64,000 nucleotides of DNA from Patescibacteria group bacterium (GCA_041667185.1 JBAYFM010000002.1:23432-87431); one strand, 5' to 3'. Counted from the first letter of the stretch, positions 1-9,685 are shown. Notes: generated from the sequence alone by a model not told the origin. Made by a program: numbers and translations.

Positions 1-529
1 CGACTGGCTGAACCAATGGCGCGGCCGCCGGAGGCTGCGAAGCCTGGCCGAAACCCGCCGGCAGAATCTGGATGCTCTGAGCGGAAACACTGCCATCCTG
101 ATTCGAACTACCCATGATGCGGACGGAAACGCCAGCCGCCAGATCAGCGACTCCTGCCGGCTCAGTCTTCGTCACCTGCGTTTTTTCGGATAGGAACACC
201 AACCTGGTTCCGCTGTTGGCGACCTTGACCGTGACGCTCTGTTCATCGAGTTTCAGGATCTCGCCGAGAATATTACCACCCAGCATCCGGCCGGTCGCGC
301 GGGAGCCATTACCGCCGTCCATGCGGTCAAAAGTCATGTCGCCGCCAGCACCGCCTTGTAACCCGCTGCCGCGGACAAATAATCCGCCACGATCGCCGAC
401 GAAGCCAGCCAGTGATCTTTTGGCTGCTGTCCGCCCCAGAGCCCAACCTCCAGCAAAACTCCCGGCCGCCACGACGAGACAAACCGCTACCGCCGCTAAC
501 AGACACTTCCTATGATTTTTCAGGTCCAT
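1..529 (-). CDS. Partial (5' end only; runs off window) exported protein with a DUF5666-like beta-rich domain. It is a paralog-like match to the 4340-4837 protein
   Basis: Manual minus-strand translation from ATG (cat at 527-529) gives MDLKNHRKCLLAAVAVCLVVAAG... (signal-peptide-like), then ...VTVKVANSGTRLVFLSEKTQVTKTEPAGVADLAAGVSVRIMGS..., similar to the 4340-4837 product. It lies just downstream of the MacB permease on the same strand. The supplied ORF track shows only an implausible plus ORF here. Confidence 0.4.
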   Translation of the reverse strand, partial: MDLKNHRKCLLAAVAVCLVVAAGSFAGGWALGRTAAKRSLAGFVGDRGGLFVRGSGLQGGAGGDMTFDRMDGGNGSRATGRMLGGNILGEILKLDEQSVTVKVANSGTRLVFLSEKTQVTKTEPAGVADLAAGVSVRIMGSSNQDGSVSAQSIQILPAGFGQASQPPAAAPLVQPV

Positions 530-567
530 ATCGGTCAGGGGCGCCGACGAGCGGAACCCGGTAAATA

Positions 568-1791
568 TTATTCGTAGCGCAGGGCCACGATGGCGTTGAG
601 TCCCGCCGCGCGGCGAGCCGGATAAAAACCGAAGATGATGCCGATGGCCGCCGAAACCCCGAAAGCCAACGCCACTGACTGGAAAGTGATCGTGGTGGTC
701 AGGCCGCCGAACTTGGCGATCAGGATCGAGAGCAGCCAGCCGAAGAACACTCCGAACAAGCCGCCCAGGAACGTCAGGGTCACGGATTCGGCCAGGAATT
801 GGGCGCTGATGGCCCCGCGCTTGGCGCCGATCGCTTTCCTGAGGCCGATCTCGCGGGTCCGTTCAGTGACGTTCGTGAGCATCATGTTCATGATGCCGAT
901 GCCGCCGACGAGGAGCGAGATTCCGGCGATGGCCGCGAGCAGTAACGTGAATGTGTTGGTCACCGAAGAGGCCGTGGCCACGATGTCCGCCTGGTTCATG
1001 ATGCTGAAGTCGGCGAGCGTCGGGTCGGAAATATTGTGGCGCGCCAGCAGCAGGTCGGTAACCTGGGTCTGAAGGTCCGCCATCGACGCCTGGTCCGGAG
1101 CCTGGATGCTGATCTGGGTCACGTAATCTCCGCCGCCCAAGAAACGTTGCGCGGCGGAAAGCGGCACATAGATCATGTCATCCTGGCTGCCGAAGCCTGT
1201 GCCGCCCTTGGCCGCCGTCACGCCGATGACCTTGAACTCGACCTTGTTGATCCGGATCATCTTGCCGATGGACTCCCCGCCCTCGCCGAAGAGATCGTCC
1301 CTGGTCGTCGGGCCGATGACCGCCACTTTGGAGTAGCTCTGGACGTGCTGCTCGGTGATGAACGAACCGTCTTCGACCTCGATACTGCGGACGATCGCGT
1401 AATCCGGGACCGTGCCGACGACCTGGGTGTTGGTGTTCGTGCCCTTGGCCGCGATCTGATAGCGCTGCGAAACCTCCGGCGCCACCGCCTGAGCCTGGGC
1501 GATCTCACGTTTGATGGCGTCCGCGTCCGCCTGCGTGAGCGTCGTGGCCGAACCGCGGCCCGATCTCACTTCCATGCCGGCGCCGCGCTGGAAGCCCGGC
1601 GTCACCAGGATCAGATTGGAACCGATGGACTGGATGCGGCTTTCGATGGAACCTTGCACGCCCTGGCCGATCGAGACCATGGCGATGACCGACCCGATGC
1701 CGATGACGATGCCGAGGATCGTGAGCCCGGAACGGACCTTGTTGACGACGAGCGACGCGTAGATCTCCTGTAACAGATCAAGCGGGTTCAT
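568..1791 (-). CDS. ABC transporter permease, FtsX/MacB family (N-terminal TM, large periplasmic domain, C-terminal FtsX 4-TM bundle)
   Basis: 407 aa. N-term MNPLDLLQEIYASLVVNKVRSGLTILGIVIGIGSVIAMVSIGQG and C-term ...NVTERTREIGLRKAIGAKRGAISAQFLAESVTL... match the MacB/LolE-type permease architecture. A 4-nt overlap with the upstream ATPase gene indicates an operon. Confidence 0.85.
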   Translation of the reverse strand: MNPLDLLQEIYASLVVNKVRSGLTILGIVIGIGSVIAMVSIGQGVQGSIESRIQSIGSNLILVTPGFQRGAGMEVRSGRGSATTLTQADADAIKREIAQAQAVAPEVSQRYQIAAKGTNTNTQVVGTVPDYAIVRSIEVEDGSFITEQHVQSYSKVAVIGPTTRDDLFGEGGESIGKMIRINKVEFKVIGVTAAKGGTGFGSQDDMIYVPLSAAQRFLGGGDYVTQISIQAPDQASMADLQTQVTDLLLARHNISDPTLADFSIMNQADIVATASSVTNTFTLLLAAIAGISLLVGGIGIMNMMLTNVTERTREIGLRKAIGAKRGAISAQFLAESVTLTFLGGLFGVFFGWLLSILIAKFGGLTTTITFQSVALAFGVSAAIGIIFGFYPARRAAGLNAIVALRYE

Positions 1792-2510
1792 ACGGCGCGG
1801 TGGATATGGCTTAAAGGTCCTTTGGGGTTGGCCGTATCCTTGATGATACGCCCGTCCTGGATAGTGATGATCCGGTCGGCATGTTCGGCAACGTAAGGTT
1901 CGTGGGTGATCAGGATGATGGTGTGATGGCCGTCGCGATTCAATTTCTGAAAAGTATCCAGGACGATGTCGCCGGTCTTGGTATCCAGATTCCCGGTGGG
2001 TTCATCGGCGAAAATGATGCTGGGATTGTTCACGAGCGCCCGCGCGATGGCGACGCGCTGCATCTGACCGCCGGACAACTGGTTCGACAGATGATGCCAG
2101 CGGTCTTCCGGCAGTCCGGCCGCACTCAGCGCCTTGGCTGCCCGCGTCCGGCGCTCGGACCGAGGCACGCCGGCATAAATGAGCGGCAAAATAACGTTCC
2201 TGAGCACCGTCGCCCGCGGCAACAGATTGAACGACTGGAAGACGAAGCCGATCTGATCGCGGCGGATCTCGGCCAGTTCATCGTCGGTCTGTTTCGAGAC
2301 GTCGCGTCCGTTCAGTTTATAGGTCCCGGAAGTGGGGCTGTCGAGCGCACCCAGGATATGCATCAGGGTCGATTTGCCGGAACCGGAAGGACCCATGATG
2401 GCCACGAACTCGCCGGCCTCCACTTGGAAAGTGACGTTTTTCAGGACCTGAGTATCGACATCGCCGGAAACGTAGGCCTTACAGATCTTGTCGCATTCGA
2501 TGAGGGCCAT
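1788..2510 (-). CDS. ABC transporter ATP-binding protein (MacB/LolD-type)
   Basis: 240 aa. Walker A GPSGSGKST, ABC signature LSGGQMQRVAIARAL, Walker B IIFADEPTGNLD and H-loop HTIILITH are present. Confidence 0.9.
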   Translation of the reverse strand: MALIECDKICKAYVSGDVDTQVLKNVTFQVEAGEFVAIMGPSGSGKSTLMHILGALDSPTSGTYKLNGRDVSKQTDDELAEIRRDQIGFVFQSFNLLPRATVLRNVILPLIYAGVPRSERRTRAAKALSAAGLPEDRWHHLSNQLSGGQMQRVAIARALVNNPSIIFADEPTGNLDTKTGDIVLDTFQKLNRDGHHTIILITHEPYVAEHADRIITIQDGRIIKDTANPKGPLSHIHRAV

Positions 2511-2513
2511 AGG

Positions 2514-4322
2514 TCAGTTTCCGAATCCGCCTACGCCCGGGATCCGCACGCCGCCGCGCGACTGGTTGCTCGCCGCACCCGCGGCGCCCGCAGCGGCGCT
2601 GGTCACGGTCCGCGTGACGATGATGTCGCCCTCTTTGAGGCCGCTCAAGATCTCGGTCGAGGTATCGTTGGCGAGGCCGATCTCAACGCTGCGGCGTTCC
2701 GGCGCCGCCGTCGAAGTGACGGTCCCGACCTCGGTCGCGCCGGGAAGGATCTCGACGTAGCGGCTGCCGTTGCTGCTCTTCACGGCCGCGTTCGGCGCTA
2801 ACAGCACGTCCGGTCTCATGTCGATGACGATCGCTACGGAAACACTCATGCCCGGCTTGATCCGTTCGTCCTGATCGTCGAGCGCCACCTGCACGCCGTA
2901 ATTGACGACGCCCTGGGTCGTGGTGCCGAGGGTGTCGATCTCCACCACCGCTCCGGTCATGGTGAGATCCTCGATGGCATCGAAGGTCACCGTCGCTTTC
3001 TGGCCGAGCTTGACCTTGGCGATGTCGATCTCATTGAGCGTGAGCGTGGCGATCTTCTGCGGCGTCACGAGCACGGCCAGGACCGCGCCCGACGAGACTG
3101 CGCTCCCTTTCTTGGCCGTGTCGCTGACCGAAGCGATGACGCCGTCGAACGGCGCCCGGATGCTGTAGTTGGCGACCTGTTCCCGCGCCGCACTCAAGGC
3201 ATCTTCCTTCTGCGCCACGACATTGCGCTGTGACCTGATCTCCTGGGCGGTGTAACCGTCGCGCAGATCGGCCAGGGCGGCGCGCTTGGCCTCCAATGTT
3301 TCGGTAGCCACTCTGAAGGACCAATCGGCATCCGAGATGAGTTTGGGGGCGTTCTTCACAGCATCGTCGATCGCCGTCCTGCGGTCGCGCAATGCGCCCA
3401 GATCGGCATAAGCGGCCGTGATGTCAGCCTCAATCTTGGGCCGCATAGCATCGATGGTGGCGGCGATCTTCAGCGAGGCGTAATCATGCGCCACGATCGC
3501 GTCGTACATGCGCCGGGCGCTTTCCAGAGCCTGAGTGACGGAATCGGTCGTAGTCACCATCTGGCCGATGAGTCCGTAAATGGCGTCGCGCGGACTATCG
3601 CGCTTGATGCCGTTGAAATAAGCCGTGGTCTCGTCGAAAGCGTCGCGCGCGGCATAATAATCATCAACCGTATCCTGCACGAGCGTCGAATCGGATCCCA
3701 GGATCAGCCGATAAGAACGGACGTGTTCCTGTTCGCCCTGCGCATTTCCCAGGACATCCTTCAGATCCGCGAGGTAGTCGGCCAATTTGAACAAGGTCGT
3801 GGAAGTACCGTCGTAAGCGTTCTCATAAGCGGTCTGCAGCGCCTGGACGCCAATGGTCTCGGCATCGACCCGGTCGGACGCGGCCTGGCTCAGATCGCGT
3901 TCCGCCTGGGCGACGGCGGATTCGGCCGCGAGCAGCGTCTGGGCGTTCGGCGGAGCCAGCATGTCATCCAATTTGGCCTGGGCGTCGTCGAGCGAAACTT
4001 GGGCGTCGCGGATCGATTTCTGAGCGGTGCGGGAATCGAACGCGAACAGCAGATCACCGGTTCTCACCTGCTGATCCTTGACCGCGTACGTTCCAGTCAG
4101 GTCTCCGGAGACCTCGGCCTTGAGATCAACCTGATCTTTCGCCGCGATCTGGCCGGTGCCGGAAACGGAAATCACGAGCGTGCCGCGTTCCACGGCAGTG
4201 GTGGCGTACTTCACGCCGGCCGCCGACCCGCCGCCGAACCAGCGATAGCCGCCGTAGCCCAGAATAACTAGCACGACAGCGACCAAGGACGCGATTTTAA
4301 ATTTACTGATCTTGAGCATCAT
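2514..4322 (-). CDS. HlyD/MacA-family periplasmic adaptor (membrane fusion protein) with an unusually long coiled-coil region
   Basis: 602 aa. N-terminal TM anchor, long Ala/Asp/Glu-rich coiled coil, and C-terminal beta-barrel/lipoyl-like motifs (ATVTFDAIEDLTMTGAVVEIDTLGTTTQGVVNYGV). Its position immediately upstream of the ABC ATPase and permease is the classic MacAB arrangement. Confidence 0.8.
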   Translation of the reverse strand: MMLKISKFKIASLVAVVLVILGYGGYRWFGGGSAAGVKYATTAVERGTLVISVSGTGQIAAKDQVDLKAEVSGDLTGTYAVKDQQVRTGDLLFAFDSRTAQKSIRDAQVSLDDAQAKLDDMLAPPNAQTLLAAESAVAQAERDLSQAASDRVDAETIGVQALQTAYENAYDGTSTTLFKLADYLADLKDVLGNAQGEQEHVRSYRLILGSDSTLVQDTVDDYYAARDAFDETTAYFNGIKRDSPRDAIYGLIGQMVTTTDSVTQALESARRMYDAIVAHDYASLKIAATIDAMRPKIEADITAAYADLGALRDRRTAIDDAVKNAPKLISDADWSFRVATETLEAKRAALADLRDGYTAQEIRSQRNVVAQKEDALSAAREQVANYSIRAPFDGVIASVSDTAKKGSAVSSGAVLAVLVTPQKIATLTLNEIDIAKVKLGQKATVTFDAIEDLTMTGAVVEIDTLGTTTQGVVNYGVQVALDDQDERIKPGMSVSVAIVIDMRPDVLLAPNAAVKSSNGSRYVEILPGATEVGTVTSTAAPERRSVEIGLANDTSTEILSGLKEGDIIVTRTVTSAAAGAAGAASNQSRGGVRIPGVGGFGN

Positions 4323-4339
4323 AATGTTGGCGGTCCGCT

Positions 4340-4837
4340 TTAGCGCGGCGGCAGACGCCGTTCGAAGAACGGACCCGGCGGCGGTTCCTGCGGGAACACC
4401 CGGATGAATTTAGCAGCGATCTGGCCGGCCGTATCGGGCTCGCCGATGACCACGACCGAATCCTCGGTCGTCAGATCCTCCGCCCTGACCGTTTCGCGTC
4501 CGGCTCTGATGACGGTGGTGTCAGCGAGCAGCACGACCAGCTCCGCGCCGTCAACGCCGCGGATCACGAGCGTCCGGCCGTCGATCTTGATGATCGCGCC
4601 GGCGACGCCGTTCGCATTCATGAAATCACGCCCCTCGAAATCGCGGCGGAAATCCCCGGCGAAACCGCCCTGCGGACCGCCGAACATCTTGTGATAATTC
4701 TCGCCCCACTGATAAGAGAACCGCGCCTTACGGAATCCGACGGCCATGCCGGCCTGGAAGATAACGATCAGCAGGATCAGTCCGCCGATGGCGGCCGCGC
4801 CGATGCGGAACGACCGTTTTTTTAATAATTCATTCAT
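4340..4837 (-). CDS. Membrane-anchored DUF5666-like protein (beta-rich periplasmic domain)
   Basis: 165 aa. N-terminal TM segment (IGAAAIGGLILLIVIF), then ...IIKIDGRTLVIRGVDGAELVVLLADTTVIRAGRETVRAEDLTTEDSVVVIG... . Its start overlaps the stop of the upstream anti-sigma gene by 4 nt. Confidence 0.5.
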   Translation of the reverse strand: MNELLKKRSFRIGAAAIGGLILLIVIFQAGMAVGFRKARFSYQWGENYHKMFGGPQGGFAGDFRRDFEGRDFMNANGVAGAIIKIDGRTLVIRGVDGAELVVLLADTTVIRAGRETVRAEDLTTEDSVVVIGEPDTAGQIAAKFIRVFPQEPPPGPFFERRLPPR

Positions 4838-5268
4838 AGGGTCAAAAATGATGAACGCTGCTTAAGACGCTCGATGGCGATCGCGCCGAGTCCGGCGACA
4901 AAAGCGAAGAGCGACAACATCGTCAAGGAAACGGCCGCCAAAGAACCGGCCAGACTCGTGACCGGCAGGGCTTCGAGCAAGGCGGACGAAAAGATCCCGA
5001 AATTATTCAGGACCATATCGGCATCAGTCGCGAGCAACGACAGGAACGACGTAACGCCGGCGGCAGCGGAATCGACCATGAGCTTGTTCATAGCTAAGAC
5101 CGCGAGAGGCGCGGCTATCAAAAGACCGGCTGAACCCAGGATCAAGCGCCGCTGCACGGCCAAAAGCCGCTCTTCCCGGCGAATGCGGCTAATGATCCGA
5201 TCGGCCAGAGCCGGCGGCGGCTCGACCGTTACATTGCGGCTGAATAAGGTCGCAAAGTCGTTCGACAT
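4834..5268 (-). CDS. Putative anti-sigma factor (single-pass membrane protein)
   Basis: 144 aa. Directly downstream of the ECF sigma gene. Cytoplasmic N-terminal helix (ALADRIISRIRREERLLAVQRRL), then hydrophobic TM and C-terminal segments. This is the typical small anti-sigma partner. Confidence 0.5.
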   Translation of the reverse strand: MSNDFATLFSRNVTVEPPPALADRIISRIRREERLLAVQRRLILGSAGLLIAAPLAVLAMNKLMVDSAAAGVTSFLSLLATDADMVLNNFGIFSSALLEALPVTSLAGSLAAVSLTMLSLFAFVAGLGAIAIERLKQRSSFLTL

Positions 5269-5327
5269 AGGCTTATATCACTAATACGACCGGCGTCGTC
5301 TTTTTGGTGCGCCGATCCCGGCAAGAA

Positions 5328-5891
5328 CTATTGATTTTGGTCCGCCAGCAGCTTTTTCAATCTGAGCAAGCCGCGCTGATAACGGCTTTTGACGGTATCC
5401 AGAGGCTCGGCCAGGATCTCGGCGATCTCGCGGAACGTCAATTCGCCGCGGTGGTGCAGGTCGATGACCTCCTGGAACGGCAGCGGCAGCCGACCCAGAG
5501 CCTCACGAAGCAGCCGCGCGTCGAGTGCCCGATCGAACAGCTCATCCGGCCAGGGCTCGGGATCTTCCGTAGTCTCGATCAAGACATTGCCGCCGTCTTC
5601 GGACTCGAACTCCGCGAAAGACACGGTACGCCTCTTCTTCAGCAGATCGAAGGTCGCGTTGCGGGCCACGCGATAAATCCAGGTCCTGAACGAGCGCTGC
5701 TGATCGAACCGGCGCAGCTGCCGCCACGCCTTGAGAAAAGTTTCCTGCACGGCGTCCTCGGCCTGTCCCTTGTCGCCGGCCAGACTCAGCGAATAATTGA
5801 ACAACGGCCGCAGATAACGCCGGACCAATTCGTCAAAAGCTTCGGCACGGCCGGATAAATAGTCGGCAACGAGTTGTTCATCGGTTACCAT
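5328..5891 (-). CDS. ECF (extracytoplasmic function) sigma-70 family RNA polymerase sigma factor
   Basis: Start set at the internal Met (MVTDEQLVADYLSG...), because the longer ORF would overlap the upstream kinase gene. Region 2 (FDELVRRYLRPLFNYSLSLAGDKGQAEDAVQETFLKAWR) and region 4 (LREALGRLPLPFQEVIDLHHRGELTFREIAEILAEPLDTVKSRYQRGL) motifs are present. Confidence 0.85.
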   Translation of the reverse strand: MVTDEQLVADYLSGRAEAFDELVRRYLRPLFNYSLSLAGDKGQAEDAVQETFLKAWRQLRRFDQQRSFRTWIYRVARNATFDLLKKRRTVSFAEFESEDGGNVLIETTEDPEPWPDELFDRALDARLLREALGRLPLPFQEVIDLHHRGELTFREIAEILAEPLDTVKSRYQRGLLRLKKLLADQNQ

Positions 5892-5997
5892 GGGCGGAAT
5901 TCTCGCATAAAAATCGGCCTTCAACAAGAAAAATCCGGATGACTCGCGCCGGCCGTGCATCAAAAACAGGGCCGCTAGCCCTGTTTTCTGACGCGTT

Positions 5998-8184
5998 TCA
6001 ACTGAGGCGCACCATGCCTGACCGAGCTTTGCTGCCGACGAGCGGCAGACTGAAGTAGAAAGTCGTGCCCACATCCTCGGTGGATTCTAACCAGATGCGG
6101 CCGCCGGAGACCTCGACGATCTGTTTGGCGAAATATAATCCAAGACCAGTCCCCTCCTCGGACTTGCCGACGATGTTACTCGCACGGAAAAATTTGTCGT
6201 AGATGCGTTTTTGATCGCTCAACGGAATGCCGTAGCCATTATCCTTGATCAGCGAAATCAGTTCTTCGCCTTTTTTCTCCAGCCGCACTTCTATTTGCGC
6301 GCCCAGCGGCGAATATTTGATCGCGTTCGTCAACAGATTCTTATAGACCTCCCGAATCAACAGCGGATCGACGCTGATGACCGGCAAACCATCCTCGGAT
6401 GTGAAAGCGATATGTTGCTTCTTTTTCGCAGCCGCCGCAGTATTTTCCCTGATCACGCCCACGGCCAGCGCGGCCAGATCAGTGGGTTTGGGATCGATCG
6501 TCAGCCGCCCGGATTCGATGCGCGTAATGTTCAGCAGTGACTTCACGAGCTCGGTCAGCCCCCGGGTCACGTCGGCGATATCGTTGATTGCCTGCGTTTC
6601 CTCCGGCTTCCGCGCAGACGACGCTTCGCTCAGCATTTCCACCGCCCATTTCAAAGCCGTGAGTGGCGTCTTCAGCTGGTGGACGGCGATATTGATGAAG
6701 TCCGTCTTCATCTGGTCGATCTTCACCTCCTGCGTGATATCGCGAACCGTCGCCTGCAAGACGTCCATGCCCTCATGGCGCATAGGCGTCAACAGCACGT
6801 TGGCGAAAAAATCAGTGCCGTCGGCTCGCTGGTGGATCCAGTTGAAAAAGTTGTGCCCCTCTTTGAGCGCCGTCGCGATCTTCTCATTGGCGGCGATGTG
6901 GGATTCGCGGCCATCGGCCTGATGAGGCGGCGAAACGTCGCCTGGATGTTTACCGAGGAATTCCTCCCGGGTCTTGTAGCCGAAGATCTTCAGGGTGGCG
7001 TTGTTGCAATCAACGAATTTCTCCGGCGTCAGCAGCATCATGGCATCCTCGGAATTCTCGAACAGGACGCGATATTTTTTCTCGCTCTCGACCAAGGCAT
7101 CCTCGAATTTCACGCGCTCGGTGATATCACGGAAGACCATGAGAGCGACAAGTTCGCCAGTCTCCAGGTCCGTTTTAACGATCGATATTTCGACCGGAAA
7201 TACCGCTCCGTCCGGCCGCTTGAGATAAGGGTGGTCATGTCCGGCATGCGAGGACGACTTGTGTTCGGATAGCACACCGGGCCCGAATACCGCGAGTGGC
7301 TGATGCTCCTCCGGCAAGGCGACGCCTTTCTGGTCAACGATCATCCAATGGATGCGGTAATCCTGACCGAGACATTCGGCCTCATTCCGACAGACCGAAT
7401 CGACCGCGAATTTATTGGCGAAGAGGATCTTGCCCGATTCGTTGAAAGCGACCACTCCTTCGCCGATGTTCATGAGTAATTTTTCGCGTTCTTCGGCCCG
7501 GTGCAATTCATTGAGTTCACCGGTGCGTCGCAGCCTCCTGGCCGACAACAAGCGTTCGATCACGAAAAAAATCAGCGGATACAGCCCCAGTAGAATAATG
7601 CTGATTGTCCGGACCTCATCCAAATCGTTGCTATATAATTTCTTGAACGCGTTGATCTCGATGTCAGTGGCTATAAAAGCGACGATCTGGCCACTCTTGT
7701 CGTACTGCGACGCGAAAGCGGAATAGAACGATCCGAATTCGTCGGTATACGGGCCGTAAAGCTGCGGTGTGCCGTAGCGGATGGTGTCTAACAAGGCCTG
7801 AGGAGGCCGCTCATAGATGGTTCCAGGCTCGTGACGAGACGGATCAGTGGGCATCGAAGAATCAACAATGAATTTGATTTCGCCATCGACCACTTTCATG
7901 GCATAGATGTTCCGAATCCCATACTCTTTCTGCATCACGCCAACCAGCTTCATGTAATGCTGTTGCAACTTGTCGTAGTTGGAATTCTGACCCTCGACGA
8001 CCGGCAGACCGGTAAAAAGTTCGGCATCAGTAGCGGCTACGACCAATTCGTTATTAGCCAGAAGCTCCTCTCCGGCGTATTCATTCAGCTCATTTCCGAC
8101 GTTGAACATCCAAAAAAGACAGGCCGCGATCAACATGACCAGTCCTATCGTAAAGATTGCTGCCAGCTTGAATTTTCTATTCAT
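5998..8184 (-). CDS. Sensor histidine kinase: N-terminal TM + extracytoplasmic sensor domain, two PAS domains, HisKA, HATPase_c. No adjacent response regulator
   Basis: 728 aa. H-box IAVHQLKTPLTALKWAVEMLSE, N-box LLTNAIKYSP, G-boxes DNGYGIP and GTGLGL. PAS-like segments (EGVVAFNESGKILFANKF..., SEDAMMLLTPEKFVDCNNATLKIFGYK...). Confidence 0.85.
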   Translation of the reverse strand: MNRKFKLAAIFTIGLVMLIAACLFWMFNVGNELNEYAGEELLANNELVVAATDAELFTGLPVVEGQNSNYDKLQQHYMKLVGVMQKEYGIRNIYAMKVVDGEIKFIVDSSMPTDPSRHEPGTIYERPPQALLDTIRYGTPQLYGPYTDEFGSFYSAFASQYDKSGQIVAFIATDIEINAFKKLYSNDLDEVRTISIILLGLYPLIFFVIERLLSARRLRRTGELNELHRAEEREKLLMNIGEGVVAFNESGKILFANKFAVDSVCRNEAECLGQDYRIHWMIVDQKGVALPEEHQPLAVFGPGVLSEHKSSSHAGHDHPYLKRPDGAVFPVEISIVKTDLETGELVALMVFRDITERVKFEDALVESEKKYRVLFENSEDAMMLLTPEKFVDCNNATLKIFGYKTREEFLGKHPGDVSPPHQADGRESHIAANEKIATALKEGHNFFNWIHQRADGTDFFANVLLTPMRHEGMDVLQATVRDITQEVKIDQMKTDFINIAVHQLKTPLTALKWAVEMLSEASSARKPEETQAINDIADVTRGLTELVKSLLNITRIESGRLTIDPKPTDLAALAVGVIRENTAAAAKKKQHIAFTSEDGLPVISVDPLLIREVYKNLLTNAIKYSPLGAQIEVRLEKKGEELISLIKDNGYGIPLSDQKRIYDKFFRASNIVGKSEEGTGLGLYFAKQIVEVSGGRIWLESTEDVGTTFYFSLPLVGSKARSGMVRLS

Positions 8185-8230
8185 ATATATATAATAGCAT
8201 TTTTTTCAACATCCGCACAACCTGCAGCAA

Positions 8231-8260
8231 AAACTAAAAACCCGGGCTCCAGGGCCCGGG
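8231..8260 (-). terminator. Rho-independent terminator (GC hairpin CCCGGGCTCCAGGGCCCGGG with flanking A/T runs)
   Basis: Perfect 8-bp GC stem at 8241-8260 with an A-run at 8231-8240 (a T-run on the minus strand). It sits between the Zn-ribbon gene end and the kinase gene start. Confidence 0.6.
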
Positions 8261-8273
8261 TCAGATATTATTT

Positions 8274-8525
8274 TTAACGCTCTTTCAGCAGGCCGATGAT
8301 CTCATCGAGTTTGAGTTCGATGGCGACGAGCCGATCCGGCTGCCCCGGAGCCATTACCGGTCCGGCCGCCGCCGCTTCGCCTTCGGCGCGGGCCGTGGCT
8401 CCGCAGCCGCCGTTGCGTTTGTCGCAGGACCAGAAAGCCGAATATGGCTTGTTCTTGGCCCGGCTGAATCCGGCGGGAATGAGCTTCATTTCGGAATCGC
8501 ACTTTTCACAGATCTTCGTGATCAT
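8274..8525 (-). CDS. Small stand-alone C4 zinc-ribbon protein (topoisomerase-type zinc-finger-like)
   Basis: 83 aa. CEKCDSEMKLIPAGFSRAKNKPYSAFWSCDKRNGGCGAT follows the C-x2-C...W-x-C...C pattern of TopA C-terminal zinc fingers. It is followed by a terminator. Confidence 0.4.
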   Translation of the reverse strand: MITKICEKCDSEMKLIPAGFSRAKNKPYSAFWSCDKRNGGCGATARAEGEAAAAGPVMAPGQPDRLVAIELKLDEIIGLLKER

Positions 8526-8689
8526 ACACGGATAACCGATGATTTTGATTTAATCGTCGAACTTGCGGAGACGCCGTGGGCGCGCGCTCCGACAGGAACG
8601 GGCAAAAACATAAAGGAAGGCCTGGCTGCTGTCAAATGGCGTGGCTCTTCCGCCGAACGAAACTTTTTTTGCGCCGCCCGGCGGCCGAT

Positions 8690-9595
8690 TCAGGAATTGA
8701 TCAGCGCGACGCCGACGGCAACCAGAACCGCGCCGGCGCCTTTTTGCAACAGGTTCCGCCGCGAAAGATCCTCTCTTCCCAGCGACGGCCAAAACACGGT
8801 GATCAGCACGCCGAACAGGAAGACGAACAGCGTCGTCGTGCTGACGATGGCCTGGACCAGAGCGACCGGCGCCAGCATCAGCGCGTAGCGGGCGCCCAAG
8901 CCGCCGCCCAGGTTGATCAGTTCGTTCGTGCCGTTGACGGCCAGGAGCGCCGCCGGACTCGCGCGCAGCAGCCGAAACATCTGACGCGCATAGGCCGGGA
9001 TCGCCATGATCGCCATGCCCAGCACCGCCTCGCCGGCGAAGGTCCAGAAGACCGTGCTCCAGAATTCGTCGTTCACGGCAAAATATTTGAAGATGACCGA
9101 GGAAAGCGCCAGTGCCAGCGTGCAGGCTCCCATGCGCAAAACGAGACCGATCTTGATGCGCCCGAACCTCATCGACTTATCGAGCGACAGGATCGCGCCG
9201 GCGACCAGGACGATGGCACCGCCGGCCAGTTGCGCGGGCGTCAATTTCTCGCCGAGCAAAAAATACGCCAGCGCGCCTCCCCACACCGCCGAAGCCTGGA
9301 ACAGCGGTGCCACGACGGAAGCTTCCTCCGTCTGGATAGCCTGGAGATAGAGCAGCATGGCTCCCATGTACAGGATGCCGGACGCCATCATCACCGCGAT
9401 CGCCGTCCGCGGCAGCGCCAGCACCTGAGGCTGATGCAGCCAGATGAACGGCAGCGCCACGAGGCCGATGAGCGACGTGAAGACCATGAGCACGGCCGTG
9501 CTTGAATTCTTGAAATATTTCTCAACCAGGTATTTGTCGATGTGCGTGGAGACCGCCCACAACACCGGACTGGAAAAAGCGAAAAGAAGCCACAT
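8690..9595 (-). CDS. EamA/DMT-superfamily transporter (10 TM)
   Basis: 301 aa, hydrophobic throughout, with a duplicated EamA-like architecture (...FLLGEKLTPAQLAGGAIVLVAGAILS... and ...LFGVLITVFWPSLGRE...LLQKGAGAVLVAVGVALINS). Confidence 0.8.
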   Translation of the reverse strand: MWLLFAFSSPVLWAVSTHIDKYLVEKYFKNSSTAVLMVFTSLIGLVALPFIWLHQPQVLALPRTAIAVMMASGILYMGAMLLYLQAIQTEEASVVAPLFQASAVWGGALAYFLLGEKLTPAQLAGGAIVLVAGAILSLDKSMRFGRIKIGLVLRMGACTLALALSSVIFKYFAVNDEFWSTVFWTFAGEAVLGMAIMAIPAYARQMFRLLRASPAALLAVNGTNELINLGGGLGARYALMLAPVALVQAIVSTTTLFVFLFGVLITVFWPSLGREDLSRRNLLQKGAGAVLVAVGVALINS

Positions 9596-9685
9596 AATCA
9601 GGAATGATCCTTTGCCTCAGTATAAGATTTTTCCGCAAAAACGTACACCGCGCCGGAGCGGATCCGGGATCGCTTGCTGCCGCGG

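Noticed and set aside
114-515. Plus-strand 133-aa ORF from the track (Pro/Ala/Arg-rich)
   Set aside because: Low-complexity composition typical of an antisense shadow in high-GC DNA. The opposite strand encodes a plausible exported DUF5666-like protein that continues the minus-strand operon.
1036-4271. Long plus-strand ORFs (1036-1773, 1881-2801, 3486-4271) antisense to the MacAB genes
   Set aside because: Arg/Asp/Gly-rich shadow ORFs. They fully overlap well-supported ABC/HlyD genes on the minus strand, and no motifs are present.
8576-9505. 309-aa plus-strand ORF antisense to the EamA transporter
   Set aside because: Extreme Arg/Asp/Gln/His composition with no hydrophobic core. It is a high-GC antisense artefact.
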